Assembly: GCA_021806615.1 (NCBI GenBank)
Contig: JAJZRB010000003.1
Location: 2,766 to 66,765, forward strand
Origin: a bacterium
GTDB lineage: Bacteria; Patescibacteriota; Patescibacteriia; Patescibacteriales; UBA12465
Length of the DNA: 64,000 nucleotides
Reading direction: 5' to 3'
Made by a program: the position numbers and the translations under genes. Of the stretch, positions 47,863 to 57,051 are shown in pieces (the first letter of the stretch is position 1; each line of letters starts with the position of its first letter). The notes under the pieces were generated by a model, which saw only the letters and a list, made by a program, of their open reading frames with translations, had not been told where the DNA came from and did not search any database.

Positions 47863-48165
47863 TTAACACTTGGATTTAGTTTCCTTTGCAAAAATTATTT
47901 TTTCTATAAATTCTTGCAATTTAGCTATTTTTTTTCTATTAAGCGAATAATAAACCCATTTGCCGTCCCTGTTCATTTCAACTAAATCACTTTCCTTTAG
48001 CACTTTCAAATGATGGGAAACAATGCTTTGTTTTAATTTTAATTTTTCAAATATTTCGCAAACACATTTAGGCCCCGTGGCCAAAAGTAAAACAATATCA
48101 AAACGAACAACGTCGCCTAAGGTTTTTAAAATCAGAAAATATGTATCTTTTTTATTATTTTTCAT
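47863..48165 (-). CDS. ArsR/SmtB-family metalloregulator
   Basis: CVCEIFEKLKLKQSIVSHHLKVLKESDLV: a metal-binding CxC in helix 3 plus a winged HTH. Confidence 0.8.
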   Translation of the reverse strand: MKNNKKDTYFLILKTLGDVVRFDIVLLLATGPKCVCEIFEKLKLKQSIVSHHLKVLKESDLVEMNRDGKWVYYSLNRKKIAKLQEFIEKIIFAKETKSKC

Positions 48166-48235
48166 AATTTCATATTAATTTATATTAATATGTTATCAAA
48201 TTAATAATTATTAATCAAGTATTGAAAAATTGTAT

Positions 48236-48262
48236 AAAAACTGGCCTTTTAGACCAGTTTTT
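48236..48262. terminator. Bidirectional hairpin terminator downstream of copA
   Basis: AAAAACTGG / CCAGTTTTT 9-bp stem flanked by A- and T-runs. Confidence 0.5.
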
Positions 48263-48359
48263 ATTTAAAAAATATGTTACCAGACGCAATAATAAATTAC
48301 TTTTTTATTAGCACACCAAATTTTCCCATGAATCATTTTTTGTCTTGATTCTTGAAGAT

Positions 48360-50456
48360 TTATTTTTTCCCTTTTAACAACTTAGCCGAGTTAAGAAATA
48401 CGGCTACATCAGGGAGAGATTGTGCCGCCGCCGCTAGAATTGGTGGCAAGAAACCAAACGCAGCTAGACTGATTCCAATTATATCGAAACCGATACCAAA
48501 CGCCATATTTTGCTTGATCGTTGAAAAAGTACGACGAGCTATTTTTATAGCTTGTGGTACTTCACGCCAGTCATCTTTCATTAAAGCGATATCCGCCGCC
48601 TCTAAGGCGACATCTGTTCCGGTAATTCCCATGGCGATACCGACATCGGCTTTAGTCAAAGCCGGTGCATCATTTACGCCGTCGCCAACCATCACCACCG
48701 TATAGCTTTGTTTTTGCAACTCTTCCACGACAGCAATTTTATCATGTGGTAAAAGCTCGGCTCTATATTCGATATCCAGCTCTTTGGCAATCGCCTCGGC
48801 AATGTGTTTATTGTCGCCGGTAAGCATGATGATTTTCTTAAATCCTAATCGCTTTAATTCCTTTATCGCTTCTTTTGCTTCCTGTCTTATGACATCCTGT
48901 ACCGCTAAAAATCCCAAAATTCCAGAAGTCTTTTTAGCTAAAATCAAAACGGTTTTTCCTGCGACCTCAAAAGTTTTTATTTGTTCTAAGATTGATTTGG
49001 AAATCTCAATTTTGTACTCATCCAGCAACTTTTTGTTTCCTAAAACAAAGTCTTCGTGATTAATCGTGGCGATTACTCCCATGCCAGCTTCGACTTTAAA
49101 TTTTTCAGGATCAATCAGAGTAGCTTGCTCGTCTTTGGCCTTATCCAAAACTGCCTTAGATAAAATATGTTCCGAATATTTTTCTATTGAGCCAGCTAAA
49201 GCGATAATTTCTTTTTCTGATTGACCGGCAAGCGGGATAATATCAGTTATTTTCGGCTGTCCAAAAGTTAAGGTGCCGGTCTTGTCAACTAAAATTACAT
49301 TGGCTTTGGCTAAAATTTCCAGATATTTTCCGCCTTTGATCAAAATACCTTGCTTAGCAGACCGTCCGACAGCGGCGACTACAGCCATTGGGGTGGCTAA
49401 GGCAATGGCACAGGGGCAAGCTACCACCAGAACGGCTATGGTAGCAGATAAATTTCTTGATATTAAATAGGTTAAAATAGCAACTAAAATCACAAACGGC
49501 AAATAGAGCGCACTAAAGCGATCGGCGAATTTCTGGACTGGAGCTTTATGACTTTCCGCCTCCTCAACTAAGGTGATGATTTTCCCCAAAGTGGTATCCG
49601 CCCCAATACGGGTAACCTCAACCTCTAAAACACCTCTCTGGTTTATTGTACCGGCATAGACTTCACCACCAATGTGTTTTTCAACCGGTAGCGATTCTCC
49701 GGTAATAGCTGATTGATCAACCGCACTGGTTCCTTTCATAACCTTGCCGTCGGTAGGGATATTTGTGCCCGGTTTAATGATAATAATATCGCCGACTTTC
49801 AATTCGCCGATTGGAATTTCAAATTCAGCATGATCTCTTTTGACGATGGCAGTTTTTGGGGAGAGTTTTATAAGTTCTTTGATTGCTTGGCGTGAACGAT
49901 CGACAGTGAAAGTTTCTAAAAAATGAGCAATTCTTACAAAAAATACAATCAGAAGTGCGGCCGAGAATTCTTGGGCGAAGGCAGCGGCGCCAATGCCAAC
50001 GCTCATTATTAAATCGGTAGTTACTGATTTATTAATCAAATTTTTGAAAGCATTCTTGAAAATCGGATATCCTCCAACTAAAGTCGCAGCTAAAAGAACC
50101 CAGTATGGCACCGCCAAAAATGCTTGTTCTAAAATCCCCAAACGCTCCAAAATAATTTCAACAAGAACAAGGACGGCCAGAATGCTAACAAAGGCAAAGA
50201 TAATAGTATTGGCTAAATCTCTTTTTTCGTATTTTTTTTCTCCGTCCTCTATTTTGTAACCTAATTTTTGGATTTCTTGTTTTATTATTTCAAGATTAAT
50301 TTCATTTTCATCATAGCTTAAAGCCAGCTTTTCCGAAGAATACATAAAACTGTAATTCTTTACGCCTGGCAATTCCTTTATTTTTTTCTCAATACCAGTG
50401 GCACAGTCAGGACAATCCATGCCCTTGATTTTTAATATATTTTCTTTTTGATTCAT
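48360..50456 (-). CDS. copA: Copper-translocating P1B-type ATPase
   Basis: N-terminal HMA domain GMDCPDCA, CPC in a TM helix, DKTGTLT, GDGVNDAP; 698 aa. Confidence 0.9.
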   Translation of the reverse strand: MNQKENILKIKGMDCPDCATGIEKKIKELPGVKNYSFMYSSEKLALSYDENEINLEIIKQEIQKLGYKIEDGEKKYEKRDLANTIIFAFVSILAVLVLVEIILERLGILEQAFLAVPYWVLLAATLVGGYPIFKNAFKNLINKSVTTDLIMSVGIGAAAFAQEFSAALLIVFFVRIAHFLETFTVDRSRQAIKELIKLSPKTAIVKRDHAEFEIPIGELKVGDIIIIKPGTNIPTDGKVMKGTSAVDQSAITGESLPVEKHIGGEVYAGTINQRGVLEVEVTRIGADTTLGKIITLVEEAESHKAPVQKFADRFSALYLPFVILVAILTYLISRNLSATIAVLVVACPCAIALATPMAVVAAVGRSAKQGILIKGGKYLEILAKANVILVDKTGTLTFGQPKITDIIPLAGQSEKEIIALAGSIEKYSEHILSKAVLDKAKDEQATLIDPEKFKVEAGMGVIATINHEDFVLGNKKLLDEYKIEISKSILEQIKTFEVAGKTVLILAKKTSGILGFLAVQDVIRQEAKEAIKELKRLGFKKIIMLTGDNKHIAEAIAKELDIEYRAELLPHDKIAVVEELQKQSYTVVMVGDGVNDAPALTKADVGIAMGITGTDVALEAADIALMKDDWREVPQAIKIARRTFSTIKQNMAFGIGFDIIGISLAAFGFLPPILAAAAQSLPDVAVFLNSAKLLKGKK

Positions 50457-50486
50457 AAATTTATTTATTAAATATTAAATCCGGAG

Positions 50487-50969
50487 TTATTTTTTACAAG
50501 CATTATCCACGCAACTTTGGCAATTTTCTTTTTTCTGTAACCAGAAATAACCGATCACAACGGAAATGATGGTTAGAATAGCAACTATTGGCTTAGTTAA
50601 TCCCAAGAAAGATGCTCCGAATAAGCCTAGATAAACGGCCAACATCGGCGAGCCACAACAACCGACTAAAAAACAACCAAAGATATATAAAATTGTGACC
50701 AGTGACAACCCTCCAAAGACCCCTTTATACCCGCCTTTGTTTCGATCCAAAACCTTCAGGAAAGAAAAGGTGAGAAAGGCTAACGCTAGGGCATAAGAAA
50801 AACCCATGAAATAATCTTTTTGTTCAAAATAGCCTCTTAGAATAAGATCGTTTTGTGATCCCACTGTAACCCATGGAGAAAACCATGTTTTGCTTAAATA
50901 AAAATAAACAAGATGGCTTAAAAAGACTATGAAAAAAACAATCAGTGGGATGTAAATATTCTTTTTCAT
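50487..50969 (-). CDS. Integral membrane protein with an intramembrane CC-x-x-P motif (MerT/MerC-like candidate metal transporter)
   Basis: Four TM segments, FLVGCCGSPMLAV, and a C-terminal CQSCVDNAC. Confidence 0.4.
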   Translation of the reverse strand: MKKNIYIPLIVFFIVFLSHLVYFYLSKTWFSPWVTVGSQNDLILRGYFEQKDYFMGFSYALALAFLTFSFLKVLDRNKGGYKGVFGGLSLVTILYIFGCFLVGCCGSPMLAVYLGLFGASFLGLTKPIVAILTIISVVIGYFWLQKKENCQSCVDNACKK

Positions 50970-51394
50970 TGTGATTTAACTTCGGTTGCCTTAATTAGCA
51001 ACTTACCGTCATTGCTCTGGGATACTTTTCCTGTAGCAATTACAAAATCTTTTACATTCGGCATTGAACCAGAATAAGCCACAGGAATTTGATTAATAGC
51101 ACAGGTTACCACGCCACAACTGGCATATTCTTTGTTATCTATTAAAACAATCATTTGACTTTCAGGATACACAAAAGATACAACGCCCTTGAGCTGTATT
51201 TCCTTGCCTAGATAGGAATATGGATTTTTTGCAAACCCCTCCACATCAACAACATTGTTATAATTTTTTTGGCTGGTTATAGCGGCGGAAGAAGTTTGAT
51301 TCAATTTTTCTACCAAGCTTTTCATTCCGAACGCACTTCCGATAGTAATGATTACTAAACCAATTAATATAACCGTTTGTTTATTTTTAATCAT
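50966..51394 (-). CDS. Secreted or membrane-anchored hypothetical protein
   Basis: N-terminal TM/signal segment. Translationally coupled to the downstream membrane protein. Confidence 0.4.
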   Translation of the reverse strand: MIKNKQTVILIGLVIITIGSAFGMKSLVEKLNQTSSAAITSQKNYNNVVDVEGFAKNPYSYLGKEIQLKGVVSFVYPESQMIVLIDNKEYASCGVVTCAINQIPVAYSGSMPNVKDFVIATGKVSQSNDGKLLIKATEVKSQ

Positions 51395-51417
51395 AATTAT
51401 GGTGATTTATTATAAAT

Positions 51418-51741
51418 TTAATATCTTGTGCATTTGTAAATATTGTCCGATGATGTTTTTAAAATTTTTTGCCCAAGTTTTAAGAGATTTGCGATGTTTT
51501 TGTTGGTTAAGCTGTAAAAAACTTGTTTGCCATCCTGTTTGCTTTTAACAAGATGGCATTCTTTAAGGCAACTTAAATGAGCTGAGACATTGGGTTGAGA
51601 TAGACCAGTTTTTTTTACAATTTCATTTACAGGTTGTTTATCTTTAATCAATGTTTTTAGGATTGCTAGTCGTGAGGGATCGGAAAATCCATTAAACAAC
51701 CTCGATTCTAATTGGATTGTGTCGTTACTCTTTAATTTCAT
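51418..51741 (-). CDS. ArsR/SmtB-family metalloregulator
   Basis: LFNGFSDPSRLAILKTL and SQPNVSAHLSCLKECHLV. Paralogous to 40506..40820. Confidence 0.8.
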   Translation of the reverse strand: MKLKSNDTIQLESRLFNGFSDPSRLAILKTLIKDKQPVNEIVKKTGLSQPNVSAHLSCLKECHLVKSKQDGKQVFYSLTNKNIANLLKLGQKILKTSSDNIYKCTRY

Positions 51742-51915
51742 AGTTTATATTATATAATCATATAAGCACTTGTTTATATGATACACCTAGTAAAATTTAT
51801 CGTCAACATTTATTTATCCACATAAGTTTTAAAAAACAACCACCGCTTATAGCCCCTTTGTGTTCTTGCCTTTCGTTTTTGTTTCGTTTATAATATCAAT
51901 ATAACAAACAAAACT

Positions 51916-52524
51916 ATGTCTACACTTACTAAAAAACAAAAGCAAATTTACGATTTTATTCGTGAATACACGGGAAAAAACGGTTATGCCCCTTCCCTGA
52001 CAGAAATTGGGAACGAGTTCGGAGTCTCAACGGCCTCGACTATCCACAAGCACATTTCCAATCTTATTGAAAAAGGACTCGTCAAAAGAATTAAAGGGGT
52101 GGCACGGAGCATCGAACTGGTCGGCAAAAAAACGGTTGATTTTATGGCCATACCGATTATAGGAACCATCGCTGCGGGTCGGCCGATTGAAGCAATAGAG
52201 GTTTCGGAAGACGTCGTGGAAATAGCTAAAGACAGACGTTTCCAAAACGGCGAACTTTACGCTCTTAAAGTCAAAGGAAATTCAATGATAGGCGACGGCA
52301 TATTCGACGGCGATATCGCAATCATTAAAAAACAGGAGTGGGCCGATAATGGCGATACCGCTGTGGCGATCATCGACGATAACGAGGCCACTCTTAAAAA
52401 ATTCTATAAAGAGAAAGGGCGAATAAGACTGCAGCCGGCAAATCCCGTTTTCCAGCCGATATTTAGAAAAAGAGTGGAAATAAGAGGGATAGCGGTAAAA
52501 ATAATCAGAGATTTGCACAGATAA
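51916..52524 (+). CDS. lexA: LexA repressor (S24 autopeptidase)
   Basis: LexA-type winged-HTH N-terminus (LTKKQKQIYDFIREY...APSLTEIG), an Ala-Gly cleavage site in TIAAGRPI, the catalytic Ser in GNSM and Lys in ATLKKF. Confidence 0.85.
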   Translation: MSTLTKKQKQIYDFIREYTGKNGYAPSLTEIGNEFGVSTASTIHKHISNLIEKGLVKRIKGVARSIELVGKKTVDFMAIPIIGTIAAGRPIEAIEVSEDVVEIAKDRRFQNGELYALKVKGNSMIGDGIFDGDIAIIKKQEWADNGDTAVAIIDDNEATLKKFYKEKGRIRLQPANPVFQPIFRKRVEIRGIAVKIIRDLHR

Positions 52525-52625
52525 CCCCGACTTTTTATTTATTTTTTAAAAAAATTTTAAGTTTTCTTAATACCTCTTTTGCTATAATGGAATAAAGGGA
52601 CCTATCAAAATTTTATATAAACAAT

Positions 52626-53423
52626 ATGCCCTCCAACGTCAAAGAGTTGAGGGCCGAACTGAAGAATTTATCTTCTTCTTTTTTGGAAGAAGAAAATGTT
52701 TTTCGCAAGTCGGTAATAGTCTTTAATTTCGTCGAAACGATTTTAAAAAATAAAGAAGCGAAAAAAGCGTTCGACTCTCTCGTTGCCGAAGCCGCCGAAG
52801 AAATAAATTCCGCGGAGACCGGAAGCGAAGAAGACATTTTAAAAACAAAGCTTTGTTGCGGAAGCCGCTTTTGGCGTCATTTCGCCGACCTGGACGCCGT
52901 TCATTCGATCATGAAAAAAATGCGACGCGACAAAGATCGCCGCGCTTTAAAAAAATTGGACGATATAATTTGCCAACCATATTCCGCGAATTTGTTTCAT
53001 GCGGCCTTTCAGGTCGTCGGCGGCTGCGTTTTGGAAAAAATGGAACAGGAAGAATTTTTGAAATGGGCCGATAAATCAGGTCTGACTTGGTTTGACGAAA
53101 AAAGAAGCGTTCTTTATATAAAGGGACTCAAAGTTTATATAAACAAACAAGACAAGGAAACTAACGCCCACAAAATATTGAAATATATTTTCAAAGACCA
53201 TAGGGATGACTTGAAAGATAATTTTTTCTATTCCGAAATAGCGGAGGACGTCTTTGAAGACTTGGAATATAAGATAGACCAAAATTCCTGGCAAAAATAT
53301 TACGATACTTGCAAGAGAATAAACGAAAAAATTGTTAGCGGCACCAAAAATGCTGTGGAAAACTTTTTAATCTTTAACTCCGGAAAAAGAGGGTGTCTAA
53401 AAATCAACCCCGAATATCTATGA
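52626..53423 (+). CDS. Hypothetical protein (prophage-associated)
   Basis: 265-aa ORF with no recognisable motif, between lexA and the inovirus structural module. Confidence 0.4.
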   Translation: MPSNVKELRAELKNLSSSFLEEENVFRKSVIVFNFVETILKNKEAKKAFDSLVAEAAEEINSAETGSEEDILKTKLCCGSRFWRHFADLDAVHSIMKKMRRDKDRRALKKLDDIICQPYSANLFHAAFQVVGGCVLEKMEQEEFLKWADKSGLTWFDEKRSVLYIKGLKVYINKQDKETNAHKILKYIFKDHRDDLKDNFFYSEIAEDVFEDLEYKIDQNSWQKYYDTCKRINEKIVSGTKNAVENFLIFNSGKRGCLKINPEYL

Positions 53424-53601
53424 TTCATTGGCAAAAAATCAAAAACCTTGGACTAAACATTTAGCTAAACTTTGTCCAAACCGACTTTCATACAATAGCC
53501 TCATAACGATTATGAGGCTTTTTTTATTAAGCCCCAAAACCGCTATCGCCGCATAAAGGTCGAGGCGCGAAAACTAATTAATAAGATTAAAAAAAGCTTC
53601 T

Positions 53602-53871
53602 ATGTTTTACATTAAAGGAACAATAAAAGACGACAAGATAGAAAGTTTCACTCGCAAAGACGGGACTCCCGGACAAAAAAGATTGCTTTACATCGAGCCG
53701 TTAAACAGCATTTACCCGATAACCGTAAACGTGCCGATTGGCAAAGACTACGGCAAGATCGGCGCCAAAGTGGAAATTGAAGTTAGAGTCTATCCTTTCT
53801 CTTTCGTCAACAAGGAAAGACAAAAAGCGTTTCTTTCGGTTTACGTTCCGGAAGAAGACGACAAGAAATAA
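53602..53871 (+). CDS. Candidate ssDNA-binding protein (inovirus gpV-like, OB-fold size)
   Basis: 89 aa, predicted beta-rich, acidic C-terminal tail EEDDKK. Sits directly upstream of the small coat-protein genes, as gene V does in Ff phages. Positional inference. Confidence 0.4.
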   Translation: MFYIKGTIKDDKIESFTRKDGTPGQKRLLYIEPLNSIYPITVNVPIGKDYGKIGAKVEIEVRVYPFSFVNKERQKAFLSVYVPEEDDKK

Positions 53872-53879
53872 AAACTCAT

Positions 53880-54041
53880 ATGGATTTTATAATCGCCACT
53901 ACAACCGCAACTTCGACTATTTATCGCCTGACCGACGAGGCTTTGAATCTCCTGAATTTCAATTATCAATTCTGGACACTATTCGTCTGCGCGGCTTTCG
54001 GATTCGCGACAACATTCTTAATCATTAAAATCTGCGAATAA
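53880..54041 (+). CDS. Small hydrophobic protein (53 aa), candidate minor coat/assembly protein
   Basis: Hand-translated MDFIIATTTATSTIYRLTDEALNLLNFNYQFWTLFVCAAFGFATTFLIIKICE with a C-terminal TM. Below the ORF-track length cutoff. Confidence 0.4.
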   Translation: MDFIIATTTATSTIYRLTDEALNLLNFNYQFWTLFVCAAFGFATTFLIIKICE

Positions 54042-54042
54042 T

Positions 54043-54147
54043 ATGCATGCAGCGATTATAAATTTCTTCGAGTCTCTCGGGAACATCGTCGTCCCCGTCC
54101 TGGCAATCGCCATGATAGCCAAATTATTCATAAAAATTAGCAGATAA
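54043..54147 (+). CDS. Small hydrophobic protein (34 aa), candidate gpVII/gpIX-like
   Basis: Hand-translated MHAAIINFFESLGNIVVPVLAIAMIAKLFIKISR. Starts 1 nt after the previous stop. Confidence 0.35.
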   Translation: MHAAIINFFESLGNIVVPVLAIAMIAKLFIKISR

Positions 54148-54154
54148 TAAAATT

Positions 54155-54298
54155 ATGTGCTCCGCAGCAATACTAGCTTCAAATTCTTGTTTTCTGGATA
54201 ACTGGGTCAATATCACACACTCACTATCCACTAGCTTGGTTATGGGCGCGTTTCTCGGAGCAACGGTCGGCATAATTATATTATTTTTTAAGAAATAA
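54155..54298 (+). CDS. Small hydrophobic protein (47 aa)
   Basis: Hand-translated MCSAAILASNSCFLDNWVNITHSLSTSLVMGAFLGATVGIIILFFKK, a single C-terminal TM with a basic end. Confidence 0.35.
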   Translation: MCSAAILASNSCFLDNWVNITHSLSTSLVMGAFLGATVGIIILFFKK

Positions 54299-54313
54299 TT
54301 TAACTTTACTTCT

Positions 54314-54565
54314 ATGATCAAAAACATCACGAAGAAAATTAAAGTCGGCTTAATGGCTTTGCTGGGGGTTATCGGTTTCAGCGCCGGTTCCGCTTTCGCG
54401 GCGATGGATGCGGATATCGCTTCCACCACCAACGGAATGGCGACGACCGTCAAGGACAACTTGATGGGCGTGTTAATCGCTAACTTGCCGACCATCGTCA
54501 TAGTCGGCGTGGCCGTTTTGGCCATCGGGTTCATTTGGAGATTGTTCCGCCGTTTCGCTAAATAG
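54314..54565 (+). CDS. Inovirus major coat protein (gpVIII-like)
   Basis: 83 aa: signal peptide ending AFA-AM, an acidic/neutral N-terminal segment, one TM (IVIVGVAVLAIGFIW) and a basic C-terminus RLFRRFAK. Confidence 0.7.
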   Translation: MIKNITKKIKVGLMALLGVIGFSAGSAFAAMDADIASTTNGMATTVKDNLMGVLIANLPTIVIVGVAVLAIGFIWRLFRRFAK

Positions 54566-54635
54566 CCCTCAGGCCGTCCGAGCTTCTCTCTCCTCGGGCG
54601 GCTTACTGGGATATTAAGCCCTTTAATTAAATTCT

Positions 54636-56735
54636 ATGAAAAAGTTAAATATCACAATCGGGCTGCTTTTTCTTTTCTTGTTCGGAATATTTTTTGACTC
54701 AGGAGTTGCCGAAGCTTCCGGGGGAATATATTTAGACAGCACCGGATACGTTTTTAAAAAGAATTCCGACGACGGAAACGGAAACTTCACTTTTTCAAAT
54801 ACCATCGGAACGTCGTGCAGTAACCGTCTTCTGATGGCTTTTGTTTCTACTTACACCGACGGTGCCGGTTGGGGAGACGCAGCTTACGGAGGATTCACGA
54901 TGACGGACAGCGGAATCGGAAGCCAGGCTTATGTTGGACAAGTTCGTCATATGCGCTGGCAAACTTTTATTCTTATTAATCCTCCTGTTGGAACGCAAAA
55001 TTTCCATGTCAGAAACACGCGCGGCCAATATTCCGATCCGGCGACGATAGTTTTAAAAACTTTTTGCAACGTCGATCAAACAACGCCGCTTGATTTCGTC
55101 CGCGGCGGTTTAAGCAATTACAGCGGAAACGGCATAGGCAGCGGCTATTTTAATATCACCAACAACGACAGCCTGGTTTTATTTAATTACATACTGGCGA
55201 CTGGCGGAACTGTTTCCGGAACGGCCGGATTTTCTTCCAGTTCTTTAAACGCTTACGATTACGCCGGGCAACAAATTTATAATTTCTTTACGGCGATAGT
55301 CGATAAAAAAACGGCCACAGATTATTACTATGTGGGCGGAACCGATACCGACTGGGCACGCTCGCTAGATATTTTTGTTTTAAACGCGGCCGCTCCGACT
55401 TCAAACATAACAATTACTTCACACAGCGTAAATCACGCCAACGGCAACGTATCAATAGCCGGAACCTGCGACACTATCGGAACCGGACAAAATCAGCTTG
55501 ATATTTACGCCAATTCTCTGGGCGATCCGAAATTATTTGTCGTCGACTGCATAAGTAATTCTTTCTCCGCCGTATACCCGGGCATGGATTACGGCACGTC
55601 GACGATTTATGTTATAGACGCGCTTAATAACGCCACCGTTAATCGGGCGAGCTTTGCGGAAACCAGAAACAGGCCGGAATCGAAAATCGAAATCATGTAT
55701 CCAGAAGCCAGCTTTACCAAGCGCGGCCGAACGCAAGAATTCGTCGGCTATTGCGAACCGTTTTACAGCGGCGGACTGGATAAAGAAGATGCTGTCCCAA
55801 ATACATTGACTATTCAAGCCGGCTCCTCGCTGCCTCCCGTGGCTCCTTCTTGCACCTGCACGCCGAGCGAAAATGATTTTACCTGGGGAACTTTTTCCTG
55901 TTGGTATACGGCTCGAGCGGTCGGAGACGTCAACGTCTGCGTCATAGACACGAAAGACTACAACAACGTCGATTGTCTGCAAATGGGTTTTACCGACTAC
56001 AATGCGACAACAATTGCTTTTTATCCTTATTTTCAATGGTCTTTCGATTCTGGGGCCGGAGCTAAGTTTCAACAATCATCAATGGATATTTACGACACGC
56101 AAGGAATAAGCCAAAATGCCGTGCCGCTTTATTTCACTTTTTCGGAAGACGTTTATAACGCCTCGTCGACTTATGTTTTCAAGCTGGAAGATTACACCGT
56201 CGGCACCACTACGCCGCAAGTTATCGCCTCGTCCACAGTTGCCGATTTGGATCTCAATCAATTTCGCCAAATCGGTTTTGAACGGGATTTGTCTATTTTA
56301 AACAAACGGACTCTATACGCATCTCTATCCAGCGCGACCGGAACCGTAAAAATTTATCAGGGCGTAAATTTGTTTATCACTTATCATCCTTTCTATTATC
56401 CCACTCCGCCCATAGACTTCGGCAGCATATTTCCGCGAATGAAAAGCACTCTCTCGGAAAAATTTATCTTTCACCAATTTTTTCAGGCTTACGACATTCT
56501 GCTCGCCAATTTTACCAAAGTAATCCCGGAAGTCGTGCCGCAATTCCCGATGAAATTCATGACCGGAAACAATCAATTCAATTTGAGCATTCCAGCTCTT
56601 GATTTTGAAAGCGCGCCCGTCAAATATTTCGCTCAGCATTTAAGACCGATGGGCGACGGCTTGCTGTGGCTCGGCTTCATCGTTTACGTGTTTTTTAGAA
56701 TCTTGGGCGCTTTCAGCCCCAATGATAAAAATTAA
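54636..56735 (+). CDS. Large virion-associated adsorption protein (gpIII-like)
   Basis: 699 aa with an N-terminal signal peptide and a C-terminal membrane anchor LLWLGFIVYVFFRILGAF. Sits between the coat and gpVI-like genes. Confidence 0.55.
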   Translation: MKKLNITIGLLFLFLFGIFFDSGVAEASGGIYLDSTGYVFKKNSDDGNGNFTFSNTIGTSCSNRLLMAFVSTYTDGAGWGDAAYGGFTMTDSGIGSQAYVGQVRHMRWQTFILINPPVGTQNFHVRNTRGQYSDPATIVLKTFCNVDQTTPLDFVRGGLSNYSGNGIGSGYFNITNNDSLVLFNYILATGGTVSGTAGFSSSSLNAYDYAGQQIYNFFTAIVDKKTATDYYYVGGTDTDWARSLDIFVLNAAAPTSNITITSHSVNHANGNVSIAGTCDTIGTGQNQLDIYANSLGDPKLFVVDCISNSFSAVYPGMDYGTSTIYVIDALNNATVNRASFAETRNRPESKIEIMYPEASFTKRGRTQEFVGYCEPFYSGGLDKEDAVPNTLTIQAGSSLPPVAPSCTCTPSENDFTWGTFSCWYTARAVGDVNVCVIDTKDYNNVDCLQMGFTDYNATTIAFYPYFQWSFDSGAGAKFQQSSMDIYDTQGISQNAVPLYFTFSEDVYNASSTYVFKLEDYTVGTTTPQVIASSTVADLDLNQFRQIGFERDLSILNKRTLYASLSSATGTVKIYQGVNLFITYHPFYYPTPPIDFGSIFPRMKSTLSEKFIFHQFFQAYDILLANFTKVIPEVVPQFPMKFMTGNNQFNLSIPALDFESAPVKYFAQHLRPMGDGLLWLGFIVYVFFRILGAFSPNDKN

Positions 56736-57051
56736 TCATATGACCGGATATCCATTCGATTGGGCGATAAACGCCTTCATAAAATTCTGCGGCGAGTTCT
56801 TCGACTCCATGCTGGCTTTTGTCTTTTCTTTTCTTCCCTCGAACGAAACATTCGCCGGCTGGATAAGCATAGATACCGAAAAGCTTGATTATGCCACGCA
56901 AAAAATAGCCGACACGATCAGTTATTTCAACATTGTCTTTCCGTTCGATACCCTGTTTTTGATAATGTCGTTTATGCTCGTCTTCGAGACGGTTCTTTTG
57001 TTCTTCAAGATTACAATTTTCATCATCGGCCTCTTGCGCGGTGGGCACTAA
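56722..57051 (+). CDS. Small multi-TM protein (gpVI-like)
   Basis: 109 aa with three hydrophobic segments. Overlaps both neighbouring genes. Confidence 0.45.
   Translation: MIKINHMTGYPFDWAINAFIKFCGEFFDSMLAFVFSFLPSNETFAGWISIDTEKLDYATQKIADTISYFNIVFPFDTLFLIMSFMLVFETVLLFFKITIFIIGLLRGGH

Noticed and set aside
51840-51915. Candidate LexA operator upstream of lexA (imperfect palindrome TTGTTTCGTTTATA / TATAACAAACAA)
   Set aside because: The palindrome needs an indel to pair and does not match the known GAAC-N4-GTTC or CTGT-N8-ACAG boxes. It is mentioned in the lexA finding but not called as a feature.
54124-54534. 136-aa minus-strand ORF in the prophage
   Set aside because: It is antisense to three tightly packed small TM ORFs and to the major coat protein gene, which together fit inovirus architecture much better.
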